NCBI RefSeq assembly: GCF_000186885.1
Contig: NC_014972.1
Span: 3,480,001 to 3,512,000, forward strand
Direction of reading: 5' to 3'
Length of the DNA stretch: 32,000 bases
Origin: Desulfobulbus propionicus DSM 2032
Lineage (GTDB): Bacteria > Desulfobacterota > Desulfobulbia > Desulfobulbales > Desulfobulbaceae
Shown here: positions 1 through 9,724 of the stretch, in pieces
Layout: every line of letters starts with the position of its first letter
Numbering within the stretch: the first letter of the stretch is position 1
Notes under the pieces: model-generated
Seen by the model: only the letters and a program-made list of their open reading frames with translations
Databases searched by the model: none
What the model was told of the DNA's origin: nothing
Position numbers and translations under genes: made by a program

Positions 1-28
1 GGCGGTTTTTCCCCGGCCCCTCCCGTCA

Positions 29-808
29 TCAACGGTACTCGTGGGAAAAGGAGGCGTCGTAGAGTTTGGAGGCGATGTGGCTGTCCTCGCCCAGGGCCGG
101 GCCGACCACGATCATGGCCGTCTTCTTGATCCGCGAGGCCTGGATGTGGGCCGCGATGTCGTCGAGGCGGCCACGGACAATCTGCTGATCCGGCCAACTG
201 GCCCGCTCGACCACGGCGATCGGGGTCTCGGGCGCATAGCCGCCGCTGATCAGGTCATCGACCACGGTGGCGATCAGCGACACGCTGAGAAAGATGCACA
301 TGGTCGCCTGGGCGCGGGCCAGGTTGCGCAGCGATTCGCGCTCCGGCACCGGCGTGCGGCCTGCCTGGCGGGTGAAGATCACCGTCTGGGTGACCTCGGG
401 CACGGTCAGCTCGACCTTGAGGGCAGCGGCGCTGGCAAAGGCCGAACTCACCCCGGGCACCACCTCGTAGGGAATCCCCTGGGCATCGAGCCACTGCATC
501 TGTTCACGGATGGCGCCGTAGATGGCCGGGTCGCCGGTGTGCAGCCGCACCACGCGCAACCCTTGGCGATAGCCATCGGCCAGCAACTGCATGATCGTGT
601 CCAGATCGAGGCTGGCGCTGTCGTGGCAGCGGGCCGCAATGCCGTCGAGCAGGGCGGGGTTGACCAGACTGCCGGCATAGACGACCACATCGGCCTGATC
701 CAGCAGGCGGCGGCCCTTGAGGGTGATCAGTTCCGGGTCCCCAGGGCCGGCGCCGAGAAAGACTACCGGATGGAGAACCGCATCAAGCGGTGAGGGCGTT
801 GCGTTCAT
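29..808 (-). CDS. cbiF: Precorrin-4 / cobalt-precorrin-4 C11-methyltransferase
   Basis: 259 aa. N-terminal 'VVFLGAGPGDPELITLKG' tetrapyrrole-methylase motif, plus 'HTGDPAIYGA' and 'VVPGVSS'. Sits in the cbi operon. Its 5' end overlaps the cbiL stop by 26 nt. Confidence 0.9.
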   Translation of the reverse strand: MNATPSPLDAVLHPVVFLGAGPGDPELITLKGRRLLDQADVVVYAGSLVNPALLDGIAARCHDSASLDLDTIMQLLADGYRQGLRVVRLHTGDPAIYGAIREQMQWLDAQGIPYEVVPGVSSAFASAAALKVELTVPEVTQTVIFTRQAGRTPVPERESLRNLARAQATMCIFLSVSLIATVVDDLISGGYAPETPIAVVERASWPDQQIVRGRLDDIAAHIQASRIKKTAMIVVGPALGEDSHIASKLYDASFSHEYR

Positions 809-1571
809 TGGACACCTGTACCTTTTTTTTACGGATCACCATGGTGGAGAAATAGTGCAGTGTGCACCCCCGGGCCTGGCGGATATCGGTGTAGACCCGT
901 TCCTCGGGCATGCCTGAACGCTCGATCAGCACCGCGCAGTCCACCAACCCCAACTCCTCCAGCAGGTCGATCAGGACATCGAGCCGTTTGTGCACCTTCA
1001 TCAGTACCACCGCATCGAGGGTGGTGAGGATGGAACGCAAGCGGTCGTCTTCAAAGGCGGCCGGGACCACGGCCAAGACATCGTCGCCCAGGGCCAGCGG
1101 ACTGGCCTGGGAGGCGGCGCAGGCGGCCATGGCGGTGATGCCCGGCACCACGGTCACCGGTATCTGCGGCCGCTGTTCTTGGATCATGGCCAGCAGATAG
1201 AAGGCGGTGGAGTAAAGGGTGGCATCGCCCAGGGTGGGAAAGGCCACGTCCGAACCCCGGTCGAGATGGCGGATGACCTCGTCGGCCGACTGCCGCCAGG
1301 CTGAGAGCAGTTGTGCGTCGGTGTCCTGGCCGAGAAAAACCTTTTTCATCGGAAAGCAGAGCGACAGGATGGTGCGGCCGGTATCGGGCACCATCTGTTC
1401 GGCGATCTGCTGGGCGCTGCTCAGCCCCTTTTCCCGGGCCGTGGGCACGGCCCAGACCTTGGCGTCGCTCAGGATGCGCACCGCCTTGTAGGTCATGAGT
1501 TCCGGGTCGCCGGGACCCACTCCGACCAGATAAAGATGGCCGGTTTGCGCGGAGGAGTTGTCGCTCTTCAT
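783..1571 (-). CDS. cbiL: Cobalt-factor II / precorrin-2 C20-methyltransferase
   Basis: 262 aa. 'LYLVGVGPGDPELMTYKA' and 'VVPGITAMAA' are tetrapyrrole methylase fold motifs. Length and operon position fit CbiL/CobI. ATGA overlap with the upstream gene. Confidence 0.85.
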   Translation of the reverse strand: MKSDNSSAQTGHLYLVGVGPGDPELMTYKAVRILSDAKVWAVPTAREKGLSSAQQIAEQMVPDTGRTILSLCFPMKKVFLGQDTDAQLLSAWRQSADEVIRHLDRGSDVAFPTLGDATLYSTAFYLLAMIQEQRPQIPVTVVPGITAMAACAASQASPLALGDDVLAVVPAAFEDDRLRSILTTLDAVVLMKVHKRLDVLIDLLEELGLVDCAVLIERSGMPEERVYTDIRQARGCTLHYFSTMVIRKKKVQVSNERNALTA

Positions 1572-2779
1572 TTGTCGCCTGTGATGAGGGTTATGGGGTT
1601 GAAGACTCGTGGTTCGCTGTCCGGGGACAGACGCCGGTTCACGGCCAGGGTACTGCTCGCCACCCGCAGGCCCAGCCGCTGCAGGGCGGCCAGGGCCGTG
1701 GTTTCGGTCTGCTCCAGCACGGCGTTGACCACGATGCGGCCGCCTGCGGCCAGTCGGGCCACCGCCGCTTCGAGGATCGGTTCCAGTCGCTGGCCGCTGC
1801 CGCCGATGAAGATCCGATCCGGTGCGGGCAGGTTGGCCAAGGCATCGGGCGCCTCGCCGCTGACCAAGTGGATGGCATAGGCGCCGTAGCGCCGGATGTT
1901 GGCGCGGATGTTGGCCTGCTCCTCGGGTTTTTTCTCGATGGTGTGGATCGAGAGGTCAGGGCACATCCGGGCCGCTTCCAGTGATACCGAGCCGGAACCG
2001 CCGCCAATATCCCAGAAAACGCCGGTGGCCGGCAACCGCAGCCGGTGCAGGGTGGCGGCGCGGACCTCGTCCTTGGTGATCAAGCCGCGCGAATGGAGGA
2101 TCTCGTCCTCGCGCAGGCCAAAGCAGAGGTCTGCCGCTGATGGTTGCGGCTGCTCGATCAGCATCATGTTGAGGGCGGAAAAATGGCCGGCCGCGATCTC
2201 TGCCAAGCTGCCGCTGGTCAGCCGTTCGTCGGCCAGGCCGAGATTTTCCGCCACCCGGATGCGAATGGCGGCAATGCGCTCGCGGTCTTCGCAGGCGGTG
2301 AGCGCGTTCAGCAGGGTGGCCGCCACCCGGTCCGGACTGTTGCGGCTGTCGGTGAACAGCATCATTGGCCCGCGACCGAGGATGCGGCCGGCAAGGTCCT
2401 GCACCGTGCGCCCGTGGAGGCTGAGCAGGGTCAGGTCGTCCCAGGGAAGGCGGAAGCGGGCGCAAGCCAGCTGCACGGCGGACAGCGCCGGATGAATGCG
2501 GAGGCGGTCCGCACCGAAGCGGGCGATCAGGGTGCGGCCGATGCCGTAGAACAGGGGATCGCCGCTGGCCAACACCGCCACGTCGCCGTCGATGAGTGCC
2601 GTATCCACCTGGTGCAGCATGGCATCGACCGGAGCGATGTCGATCAGGGGATGGAGCAGGCCGGCCACCAGCGGCCGGTGGCGGCGGGAGGCGACGATGG
2701 CGCGGCAGCGGCGCAGGATGGGCCACTGCTCGCTGTTCAAGGCCTTGCCGCTAATACCGATCAGTTCAATCCGTGACAT
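1568..2779 (-). CDS. cbiET: Fused CbiE/CbiT: cobalt-precorrin-6Y C5,15-methyltransferase (decarboxylating)
   Basis: 403 aa. The N-terminal half is a tetrapyrrole methylase ('VLASGDPLFYGIG'). The C-terminal half is a SAM-MTase with 'GLITKDEVRA' and 'WDIGGGSGSVSLEAA', typical of CbiT. Confidence 0.9.
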   Translation of the reverse strand: MSRIELIGISGKALNSEQWPILRRCRAIVASRRHRPLVAGLLHPLIDIAPVDAMLHQVDTALIDGDVAVLASGDPLFYGIGRTLIARFGADRLRIHPALSAVQLACARFRLPWDDLTLLSLHGRTVQDLAGRILGRGPMMLFTDSRNSPDRVAATLLNALTACEDRERIAAIRIRVAENLGLADERLTSGSLAEIAAGHFSALNMMLIEQPQPSAADLCFGLREDEILHSRGLITKDEVRAATLHRLRLPATGVFWDIGGGSGSVSLEAARMCPDLSIHTIEKKPEEQANIRANIRRYGAYAIHLVSGEAPDALANLPAPDRIFIGGSGQRLEPILEAAVARLAAGGRIVVNAVLEQTETTALAALQRLGLRVASSTLAVNRRLSPDSEPRVFNPITLITGDK

Positions 2780-3860
2780 GGACCACTCCCTCCTCCGAGG
2801 TCACCAGATAGACGCGCACCTCCAGGCCGGACCAGCGTTCGGCTTGGGTCTTGGCCCGACGGCAGACGGCGGTGATCAGATCGTCCCGGCCCCATTCCTT
2901 GAGTCGATCATAGATCTCCCGAGCCGTGTTGGCCGCGTGCAAGGTGGCAACGGCGGCTGTTTCCAGTCCGAGTTCTGCCAGCAGGTCGGCGGCCTGCCGT
3001 GTTTCCAGGGCACCGTTGCGCACATGGGTCTGGGGTACGGCCAGGGCCGCCTTGACCAGTTTGGCCCACATCTCGGCCAAATGGATGCGGGCAAAACCGT
3101 GTCGCCGGGCAGCCTCCAGGGCATAGAGCAGATAGTCGCCCATCATTACCTGGGTCTCCTCCGGGAGACCGAGCCGATGCTGCACCGCCGCCTCCGAGGT
3201 CCGGCCGGTGGCCAGGATCACCTCGGAGAGGCCGGCCGCCCGGGCTACCTGCATCGAGGCCTCGATGGTGTCGGTCCAGGCCTTGGCGGAAACGGGCCGG
3301 ACGATGCCGGTGGTGCCGAGGATGGACAGACCGCCGATCACCCCCAGCCGCCGGTTGAGAGTCTTCTCGGCCAGGGCCTCGCCGTCGCGGACAAAGATCG
3401 ACACCTCCACGGGGCGGAGCGGGCCCTCGTCGGCGGCCAGGGCTTCCGCCACTGCGGCCCGGATCATCTGCCGGGGCACGGGATTGATCGCCGGTTCGCC
3501 CACCGCGACCGGCAAGCCGGGCTTGGTCACCCGCCCAACACCCGGGCCGTTGACCAGCGTGATCGGCTCGTCCTGCGACTCGTCCAGCCAGCGGACCTCG
3601 GCCCCGATCTCCGCACCGTTGGTCACATCCGGGTCATCGCCCGCATCCTTGACCACCGTGGCCATGATCCGCTCCCCGTCGGTACGTCCAACGCGGCACA
3701 GGGCAAAACGGTGGCGCGAGCCGTCGGGAAAAGGAATTTCCACCGTCTGGGGTGTGTCCTGCCCCAGCAGGCAGAGCACCGCCGCCTTGGCCGCCGCCGC
3801 CGCACAGGCACCGGTGGTGTAGCCGCTGCGCAGCGCTTTTCGTTGCGAAGGTCGCTCCAT
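2766..3860 (-). CDS. cbiD: Cobalt-precorrin-5B (C1)-methyltransferase
   Basis: 364 aa. N-terminal 'LRSGYTTGACAAAAAKAA' and 'GTTGIVRPVS' are characteristic CbiD signatures. Confidence 0.9.
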   Translation of the reverse strand: MERPSQRKALRSGYTTGACAAAAAKAAVLCLLGQDTPQTVEIPFPDGSRHRFALCRVGRTDGERIMATVVKDAGDDPDVTNGAEIGAEVRWLDESQDEPITLVNGPGVGRVTKPGLPVAVGEPAINPVPRQMIRAAVAEALAADEGPLRPVEVSIFVRDGEALAEKTLNRRLGVIGGLSILGTTGIVRPVSAKAWTDTIEASMQVARAAGLSEVILATGRTSEAAVQHRLGLPEETQVMMGDYLLYALEAARRHGFARIHLAEMWAKLVKAALAVPQTHVRNGALETRQAADLLAELGLETAAVATLHAANTAREIYDRLKEWGRDDLITAVCRRAKTQAERWSGLEVRVYLVTSEEGVVHVTD

Positions 3861-3866
3861 GGTCCG

Positions 3867-4487
3867 TCAAGCCAGACGCAGCAGGGCGTTGACCGCGGCC
3901 ACCGCCACCGGCGTGCCGCCCTTGCGGCCCAGGGCGGTGATGAAGGGATAGGGTTTTGCCGCCAGCAGTTCCTTGGATTCGGCCGCGTTGACAAAGCCCA
4001 CCGGCACGCCGATCACCAGGTCCGGGGCAAAGAGCCCTTGGTCGATCAGTTCCATCACCTTGAGCAGGGCGGTCGGCGCGTTGCCCACGGCGACGATGCC
4101 GATATTGTCGTCGATGCTGCGGGCCATGGCCGCATCGGAGCGGGTGGTGCCGTTGGCCTTGGCCAGGGCCACGGTTTCCGCTTCCGCCACCCGGCAGATC
4201 ACCTGGCCGCCAAAACGGGCCAACAATCCCTTGGAAATACCGCTGGCACCCATGTTGACGTCGATGAGGATGTTCTTGCCGGCCCGGATGGCAGCCAATC
4301 CGGCGCTGATCGCCTGGGGATGAAACCGGAAGGTGTCGGCAAAGCCGAAATCGCCGGTGGCATGGATGGCGCGGCGGACCACGGCGAACTCCTCGGGCGA
4401 AAAGGTGGTGGGGCCGAGTTCACGCTCGATGATGCGAAAACTTTCGGTCTCGATATCCTGGGGGGCGATGGGTTGCAGGGTGACCAT
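3867..4487 (-). CDS. cbiC: Cobalt-precorrin-8 methylmutase
   Basis: 206 aa. 'VVRRAIHATGDF', 'VAVGNAPTAL' and 'VIGVPVGFVNAAESKE' match the CbiC/CobH family pattern. Confidence 0.9.
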   Translation of the reverse strand: MVTLQPIAPQDIETESFRIIERELGPTTFSPEEFAVVRRAIHATGDFGFADTFRFHPQAISAGLAAIRAGKNILIDVNMGASGISKGLLARFGGQVICRVAEAETVALAKANGTTRSDAAMARSIDDNIGIVAVGNAPTALLKVMELIDQGLFAPDLVIGVPVGFVNAAESKELLAAKPYPFITALGRKGGTPVAVAAVNALLRLA

Positions 4488-4544
4488 GTTTATTCAGGTT
4501 GTTGAGTGATTAAGATCGTAAGGTGTTCCAGCAGTAAATTGCAG

Positions 4545-5906
4545 TCAAAATGGCTCTCGCCCACACCCGGCCTTCCGACAAGCCGCCACAAACCGCTCCG
4601 CCACCGCAGGCGTCCGGCCCCAGTGGAGGTGGATGTAGCCGGCCAGGGTGTTCTTGTGGACATGGCCTTCGGATGCCCCGTTTTCCATGCGGTAGGCGGC
4701 GGGTACATCGGCACCGTCGGCATCGATGGTCGAGTAATGAAATTCATGCCCGTGGAGCACCGTGCCCGCAGGCGCCAGCAGACAGTCGTGTTCGACCCTC
4801 GGCTGGCGGTAGCCCAGGCTGCGCAGCCGGGTCTGCATGCGGGCCACAAAGGGATAGACACCGATCATGGGGAAGCAGGCGCCCTCGTGATCCAAGATGG
4901 CGGCGCACAGGTACATGAAGCCGCCGCATTCGCCATAGACCGGACGGCCGCTGGCGGCAAAGGCCCAGATCTGTTCCCGCATGGTGCTGTTGGCGCTCAG
5001 CTGGCTGGCATGCAGTTCCGGATAGCCGCCGCCCAGGTAAAGGCCGTGCAGATCCGGCGGTAGGTCCGGATCGTGGAGCGGACTGAACAGCACCAGTTCG
5101 GCCCCGGCCTCGCGGAGCAGGTCGAGGTTGTCCTCGTAGTAGAAGCAGAAGGCCGCATCCCGGGCCACGCCGATCCGTACCGGCGAGCCGGTGGCCACCA
5201 GGGGGGCATCGGACACCGGTGGCACGTCCCTCCGTTCGCCGGCAATGCGGAGCAGCAGGTCCAGATCGAGGTGCTGCTCGACTAGATGGATCAACCGTTC
5301 CAGTCCCTCGCCGCGCAGCGGGTGTTCCTCGCCCATGTGCAACCCCAGGTGGCGGGAAGGGATGTGCACCTCCTCGCTGCGGGGGAGAAAGCCGATGATC
5401 GGCACCCGGCAGTGGGCCTGAAGGGCCGCGGCCACCATGTTCCGGTGCTTGTCCGAGCCGATCCGGTTGCAGATGATCCCGGCCAGGGAGAGGTCCGGAT
5501 CGAGGGTGGCAAAACCATGGGCCACGGCGGCCACGCTTTCCGCCGCCGAGCGGACATCGATCACCAGCAGAACCGGCAACTTGAGCGTTTTGGCCAGGGT
5601 GGCCGCCGACCCCTCGCCACCGTCAAACAGCCCCATCACCCCCTCGACCACGGCGCAGCCCTCGGAGGCACCGTGACGGGCAAAGGTGCGGCGGACCCAG
5701 TCAGCCCCGCACATGCGCACATCGAGGTTGCGCGACGCTCGTCCGGTGACCATGCGATGCAGGCTGGGGTCGATGAAGTCCGGGCCGCACTTGAACGGCT
5801 GGACCACGATACCCCGCCGGGCCAGGGCCGCCATCACCCCCAGGGTGACGGTGGTCTTGCCGCAACCCGAATGGGTGCCGGCGATGAGCACGGCCGGCCG
5901 GCTCAT
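4545..5906 (-). CDS. cbiA: Cobyrinate a,c-diamide synthase
   Basis: 453 aa. P-loop-like 'IAGTHSGCGKTTVTLG', then 'KCGPDFIDP', and a C-terminal glutamine amidotransferase part ('GECGGFMYL'). Confidence 0.9.
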   Translation of the reverse strand: MSRPAVLIAGTHSGCGKTTVTLGVMAALARRGIVVQPFKCGPDFIDPSLHRMVTGRASRNLDVRMCGADWVRRTFARHGASEGCAVVEGVMGLFDGGEGSAATLAKTLKLPVLLVIDVRSAAESVAAVAHGFATLDPDLSLAGIICNRIGSDKHRNMVAAALQAHCRVPIIGFLPRSEEVHIPSRHLGLHMGEEHPLRGEGLERLIHLVEQHLDLDLLLRIAGERRDVPPVSDAPLVATGSPVRIGVARDAAFCFYYEDNLDLLREAGAELVLFSPLHDPDLPPDLHGLYLGGGYPELHASQLSANSTMREQIWAFAASGRPVYGECGGFMYLCAAILDHEGACFPMIGVYPFVARMQTRLRSLGYRQPRVEHDCLLAPAGTVLHGHEFHYSTIDADGADVPAAYRMENGASEGHVHKNTLAGYIHLHWGRTPAVAERFVAACRKAGCGREPF

Positions 5907-6823
5907 AGGCGGGTGATGCCTTCCTGACCGTAATCCGGGTAGAGCAGCGACTTGACGAAGCCGATGCCGTCGAGCAGCCCCAGGGTCGGCCGTGAGACCA
6001 TCTCTTCATCGACTAGGAACACTTGGCGCTCGCGCACCGCCTTGATCAGATAAAAACCCGGTTCCTTGACAATGTCATCGACGCTCACCGGATTCATCCG
6101 CCCGGACTGGGCCAGATAAAGGTCGATCTGCTCGGCCTTGGCCAGGATGCGCTCCTTGCCGTAAGCGGCGATATTGGTCTCGCGCATCCGCTCGGCATCG
6201 GTGGCGATGTTGACCCCGCCCGCCGACTCGAGCACGAACATGGCCATGGAAGTGGGGGCAAAGGTCTTCATCTGCTTGTGGATGGCCTCGAAGTAGACCC
6301 GTTTGCGTTTCTCCATCGGAATATCCTTCAGCGAGGCGGTGATTTCGGCCAACCGGGTGCCAAAAGTCTCGATCATGGCCTTGGCCTGGGCTTCCCGGCC
6401 GGTGAGCTTGCCCAGGTTCTCCCAGTAGACGAACAGCCCGCTGGCTTCGGTCGGCTGCAAGGACACGACGCGGACATTGTTTTTTTCGAGGATGCGCACC
6501 AGGTTGGGGTAGCCACGGCTGATCATCGGCCGAATCAGCACCAAATCGGGTTTGAGTGCCAACAGTCGTTCGGGATCGTCCTGGAACTGGACCACCGGCC
6601 GGCCGGGCAACCCGGCGTCGCTGGGGCCGCAGGCCACGATTTCCTTGTCCAAGCCGAGTTCGAGCAGATTGGTGGTGTGGGCCGGATAGAGGGAGATGAT
6701 GCGTTTGAAGGGCTGGTTGAAGACCAGGGTCCGATGCTCGCTGTCGGTGATCGAAGCGGCCGATGCCACGGAAACGAGGAGAAAGACAAGGCACTGGACG
6801 AAAAGCAAGACGTTGATGCGCAT
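5903..6823 (-). CDS. Periplasmic substrate-binding protein of a corrinoid/siderophore-type ABC importer (BtuF-like)
   Basis: 306 aa. Has a signal peptide ('MRINVLLFVQCLVFLLVSVASA'). 'IISLYPAHTTNLLELG' and 'KPDLVL' are typical of class III periplasmic binding proteins. Embedded in a B12-riboswitch operon. Confidence 0.8.
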   Translation of the reverse strand: MRINVLLFVQCLVFLLVSVASAASITDSEHRTLVFNQPFKRIISLYPAHTTNLLELGLDKEIVACGPSDAGLPGRPVVQFQDDPERLLALKPDLVLIRPMISRGYPNLVRILEKNNVRVVSLQPTEASGLFVYWENLGKLTGREAQAKAMIETFGTRLAEITASLKDIPMEKRKRVYFEAIHKQMKTFAPTSMAMFVLESAGGVNIATDAERMRETNIAAYGKERILAKAEQIDLYLAQSGRMNPVSVDDIVKEPGFYLIKAVRERQVFLVDEEMVSRPTLGLLDGIGFVKSLLYPDYGQEGITRL

Positions 6824-6841
6824 GGGTCGGGTGGGTTGAGG

Positions 6842-7660
6842 TTAGCGGTTGAGCGGCAGGCGAAAACTCACCTGACGACTGTTGGTGAAGGCGTTGGACC
6901 GAACCTCGGCCTCGACGCCGTACACGGCTTCAATGTTTTCCGGCGTCAGCACCTCCTCGGTCGGTCCCTGGCAGACCACCTGCCCCTGTTTGAGGAAGAT
7001 CAGCCGGTCACAGAAGAACGAGGCCAGGTTGAGGTCGTGCATGACCGCCACCACCTGCATCCCCTGCCGCTCGAAGCGGCCGCGGATCAGATGCAGGATC
7101 TCCAGGCTGTGGTGGATGTCGAGATTGGAGGTGGCCTCATCGAGCAGGAGCACCGCCGGTTTCTGGGCCAGGGCCCGGGCCACGGCCACCCGCTGTTTTT
7201 CGCCGCCCGACAAGCGGGTGACCGGCCGGTTGGCCAGGGCGGCGATGCCGGTGGCCTCCAGGGCCTCGTCGACCAGGACCTGGTCGGTTTCGCTGGGGGC
7301 GGCAAAGCGATGGAGGTGCGGATGCAGGCCCATCTCCACCACCTCGCGCACCGAATAGCCGAAGCGGACCATGAAATCCTGGGGCACCAGAGCCAGCTGT
7401 CGGGCGAGCTGCTTGCGCGGCCAGACATGGAGGGGGCGGCCCATGAACTCGATCATCCCCGAGTGCGGCATCAGCAGGCCGCCCATCAGGTCGAGCAGGG
7501 TGGTCTTGCCGCTGCCGTTGGGGCCGAGGATACCGTAACAGCAGCCACGGCGCAACTCCAGGCTGACATCGCATACCACCGGTGTCCCGTTGTAGCCGAA
7601 GTTAACCTTGGTCAGCGACCAGAGCAGTTCGCCTGATGGTTCAGAAATCGCTCTTGCCAT
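6842..7660 (-). CDS. ABC transporter ATP-binding protein (BtuD/FecE-like)
   Basis: 272 aa. Walker A 'GPNGSGKTT', ABC signature 'LSGGEKQR', Walker B 'LLLDEATSNLD'. Confidence 0.85.
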   Translation of the reverse strand: MARAISEPSGELLWSLTKVNFGYNGTPVVCDVSLELRRGCCYGILGPNGSGKTTLLDLMGGLLMPHSGMIEFMGRPLHVWPRKQLARQLALVPQDFMVRFGYSVREVVEMGLHPHLHRFAAPSETDQVLVDEALEATGIAALANRPVTRLSGGEKQRVAVARALAQKPAVLLLDEATSNLDIHHSLEILHLIRGRFERQGMQVVAVMHDLNLASFFCDRLIFLKQGQVVCQGPTEEVLTPENIEAVYGVEAEVRSNAFTNSRQVSFRLPLNR

Positions 7661-8681
7661 CCTGCTGTCGTCTCTTGAAAAGGATACAGAAGAAGGGGCC
7701 GCCCAGCAGCGCGGTGAGCACGCCGATCGGCACCTCCACCGGCAGCACCGCGCGGGTGAGGGTATCGGCGATCAGCAGCAACAGGCCGCCGGTGAAGAAG
7801 GACAGGGGAATCAACAGCCGGTTGTCCGGGCCGACCAGGTGGCGCAGCATGTGCGGCACGATCAGGCCGACAAAGCCGATGATTCCGGACACCGAGACTG
7901 CCAGCGCGGTCATCAGGGTGGCCACGGTGAGCAGGAGGGTACGCAGGCGGACGGTGTTGATGCCCAGCGAGGTGGCGGCCCGGTCGCCGGTGGCCATGAT
8001 ATTGAGATCGCGGCTGTAAAACACGCCCACCAGGGTGCCCAACAGGGCCGTGGGGGCCAGGAGGAGGATGTTCTGCCACGAGGCGCCGGCGAGGCTGCCC
8101 ATCAGCCAAAAAATGATCAAGCCGACCTGTTCGTCGGCCAGGAATTTAAGAAAACCGATGGCCGCCGACAGGATGGCGGCAACGATGACCCCGGCCAGGA
8201 TCAGGCTGGTCGAGGAGAGCCGCCGGTCGCCCGCGGCAAGAAAGAGCACCACCGCCAGCGTGCCCACGCCGCCGCCAAAGGCGAATACCGGAATGGTGAC
8301 CCCGGGCGGCAGGGCCAGACCGAAGATCTGGAGGACGATCACCAGCGAGGCGCCGAAGGCGGCGCCGGTGGAGATGCCCAGGGTGTAGGAGTCGGCCAGG
8401 GGATTGAGGAGGATGGCCTGGAAAACGGCGCCGCTGACCCCCAGCAAGCCGCCAACCAACACCGAGGCCAGAATCCGGGGCATGCGCACGTCGGCGACCA
8501 CGGTGGCGGCCACCGGATCAACAGCCGGCGGCATGGTGTGGCCGGCGAGTTTAGCCCAGAGGATGGCGAACACGTCCGGAATGGAGACGTCAAGGAAGCC
8601 GAGGGTGGCGGACAGGGCCACGGCAAAGACCAGCAACACGGTCAGCGGCAGCAGCCAGGTGGCGGCGGTCCGGCCATTCAT
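7641..8681 (-). CDS. ABC transporter permease, FecCD/BtuC family
   Basis: 346 aa polytopic membrane protein. 'DVRMPRILASVLVGGLLGVSGAVFQ' and 'TALLGGPFF' are FecCD-family hallmarks. TGATG overlap with the cbiK stop. Confidence 0.85.
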   Translation of the reverse strand: MNGRTAATWLLPLTVLLVFAVALSATLGFLDVSIPDVFAILWAKLAGHTMPPAVDPVAATVVADVRMPRILASVLVGGLLGVSGAVFQAILLNPLADSYTLGISTGAAFGASLVIVLQIFGLALPPGVTIPVFAFGGGVGTLAVVLFLAAGDRRLSSTSLILAGVIVAAILSAAIGFLKFLADEQVGLIIFWLMGSLAGASWQNILLLAPTALLGTLVGVFYSRDLNIMATGDRAATSLGINTVRLRTLLLTVATLMTALAVSVSGIIGFVGLIVPHMLRHLVGPDNRLLIPLSFFTGGLLLLIADTLTRAVLPVEVPIGVLTALLGGPFFCILFKRRQQDGKSDF

Positions 8682-9583
8682 CAGTGCAGGTCCACTCCGG
8701 CCTCGGCCGCGGCTTGGGCGGCATGATCAACGAAAATCCGGGCCACGGCAGGCTGCTCGCCCAGCCCTTGAAGCGCTGAGAGCACCTCGAACCCCGCGCG
8801 GACGAGGATCGATCGCCAGGAATCCTCCTGCGGTCCGATCAGGTCGCGGGTGGCATGCTCGCCGGCAACAAGAAGAAAGGGTTTGAGAAGCACACGCCGC
8901 TGTCCATGGAGCCGCAGATCGCCCACCACCTGGTCCAGGGCCGGAAACCCCTCGACCGTGGCGATCAGGGTCAGGACATCGGCATAGAGTTCGCGCATAC
9001 GGGCGGCAAACTCCAAATAGAGGCCGCCGGAAGGAAAGTAGTGGTTGCCGTGGCCCATGTAGACCAGGGCCGCGCCGTGGCTGCGCGCCAACTCGGCATC
9101 GCTGGCCAGGGCCCGGGCGGCGATGCGAATGTCGTCGGCATAAGCGTGTTTGAGGCTGTAGGCACCGAGCAGCGGCCGGCCCAGGCCGATGGCCGTGAAA
9201 GGCTGCCAGCGCGGCTTCATGGTCCGAATCGAGCGCAGGCCATGAACATAGGACGCCAGGTCGTGGAACTCCTCGGCCGGGGCGATGTGAGTCGACTGGA
9301 CCACCAGGGCAGTATGGCCCCGGTCTTGGAGATTGGCGATGGTGGCCAGGATGCCCTGGACTTCGAGAATTTCCAGCGGTATTTCGGGATGTTCGACTCG
9401 GTAGGCGGGATTGGCGGCACGCTGGTGCCAGATGCGGCGGATCTGGTTGGAAGTGAAGGCCAGACGCACCGGAGTGCGGGGATAGGCGGCCTCCATGGCG
9501 GTCTTGATCGCCAGCAGCCCTTGCAGGGCCGGTTCCACCGTTGTTCCGAACATGGCCAGGACAATGGCCTCGCTCTGCTGCAC
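8681..9583 (-). CDS. cbiK: Sirohydrochlorin cobaltochelatase (anaerobic type)
   Basis: 300 aa. 'AIVLAMFGTT' first strand and 'LVYMGHGNHY' histidine motif. First gene after the riboswitch. Appears to start at GTG 9583, preceded by GGAGGA 6 nt upstream. Confidence 0.8.
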   Translation of the reverse strand: MQQSEAIVLAMFGTTVEPALQGLLAIKTAMEAAYPRTPVRLAFTSNQIRRIWHQRAANPAYRVEHPEIPLEILEVQGILATIANLQDRGHTALVVQSTHIAPAEEFHDLASYVHGLRSIRTMKPRWQPFTAIGLGRPLLGAYSLKHAYADDIRIAARALASDAELARSHGAALVYMGHGNHYFPSGGLYLEFAARMRELYADVLTLIATVEGFPALDQVVGDLRLHGQRRVLLKPFLLVAGEHATRDLIGPQEDSWRSILVRAGFEVLSALQGLGEQPAVARIFVDHAAQAAAEAGVDLH

Positions 9584-9603
9584 CGTGTGCTCCTCCAGCG
9601 GTC

Positions 9604-9646
9604 AAAAAAACAGCACCGGCCGGCACGTTCCAACACACGGCCGATG
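9604..9646 (-). terminator. Second intrinsic-terminator-like hairpin in the cbiK leader
   Basis: Minus strand: CATCGGCCG-(15 nt loop)-CGGCCGGTG (9 bp, one G-U), then CTG and a T7 tract. Lies immediately upstream of the cbiK SD. Confidence 0.5.
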
Positions 9647-9664
9647 CCCCTTTGCCGGCCCGAC

Positions 9665-9701
9665 AAAAAAAATCCCGGACCCGCACGTCTGATCCAGGAT
9701 G
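9665..9701 (-). terminator. Riboswitch expression-platform terminator
   Basis: Minus strand: ATCCTGGATC-(9 nt loop)-GGTCCGGGAT (10 bp, two G-U), followed directly by a T8 tract. Lies about 25 nt downstream of the aptamer. Confidence 0.6.
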
Positions 9702-9724
9702 TCCCTTGTTTACCGCTGGAGTCT

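Noticed and set aside
2592-4505. A 637-aa plus-strand ORF. Similar long shadow ORFs occur at 6023-7636, 7608-8726, 10864-12267, 12528-13808, 14881-15939, 15978-17075, 18202-20667, 20616-21803, 21872-22804 and 23805-24674.
   Set aside because: All lie antisense to, or out of frame with, genes that have unmistakable family motifs. Their translations are Gly/Arg/His/Ala/Pro-rich low-complexity sequence with no motifs. This is the expected stop-codon-poor shadow of high-GC coding DNA.
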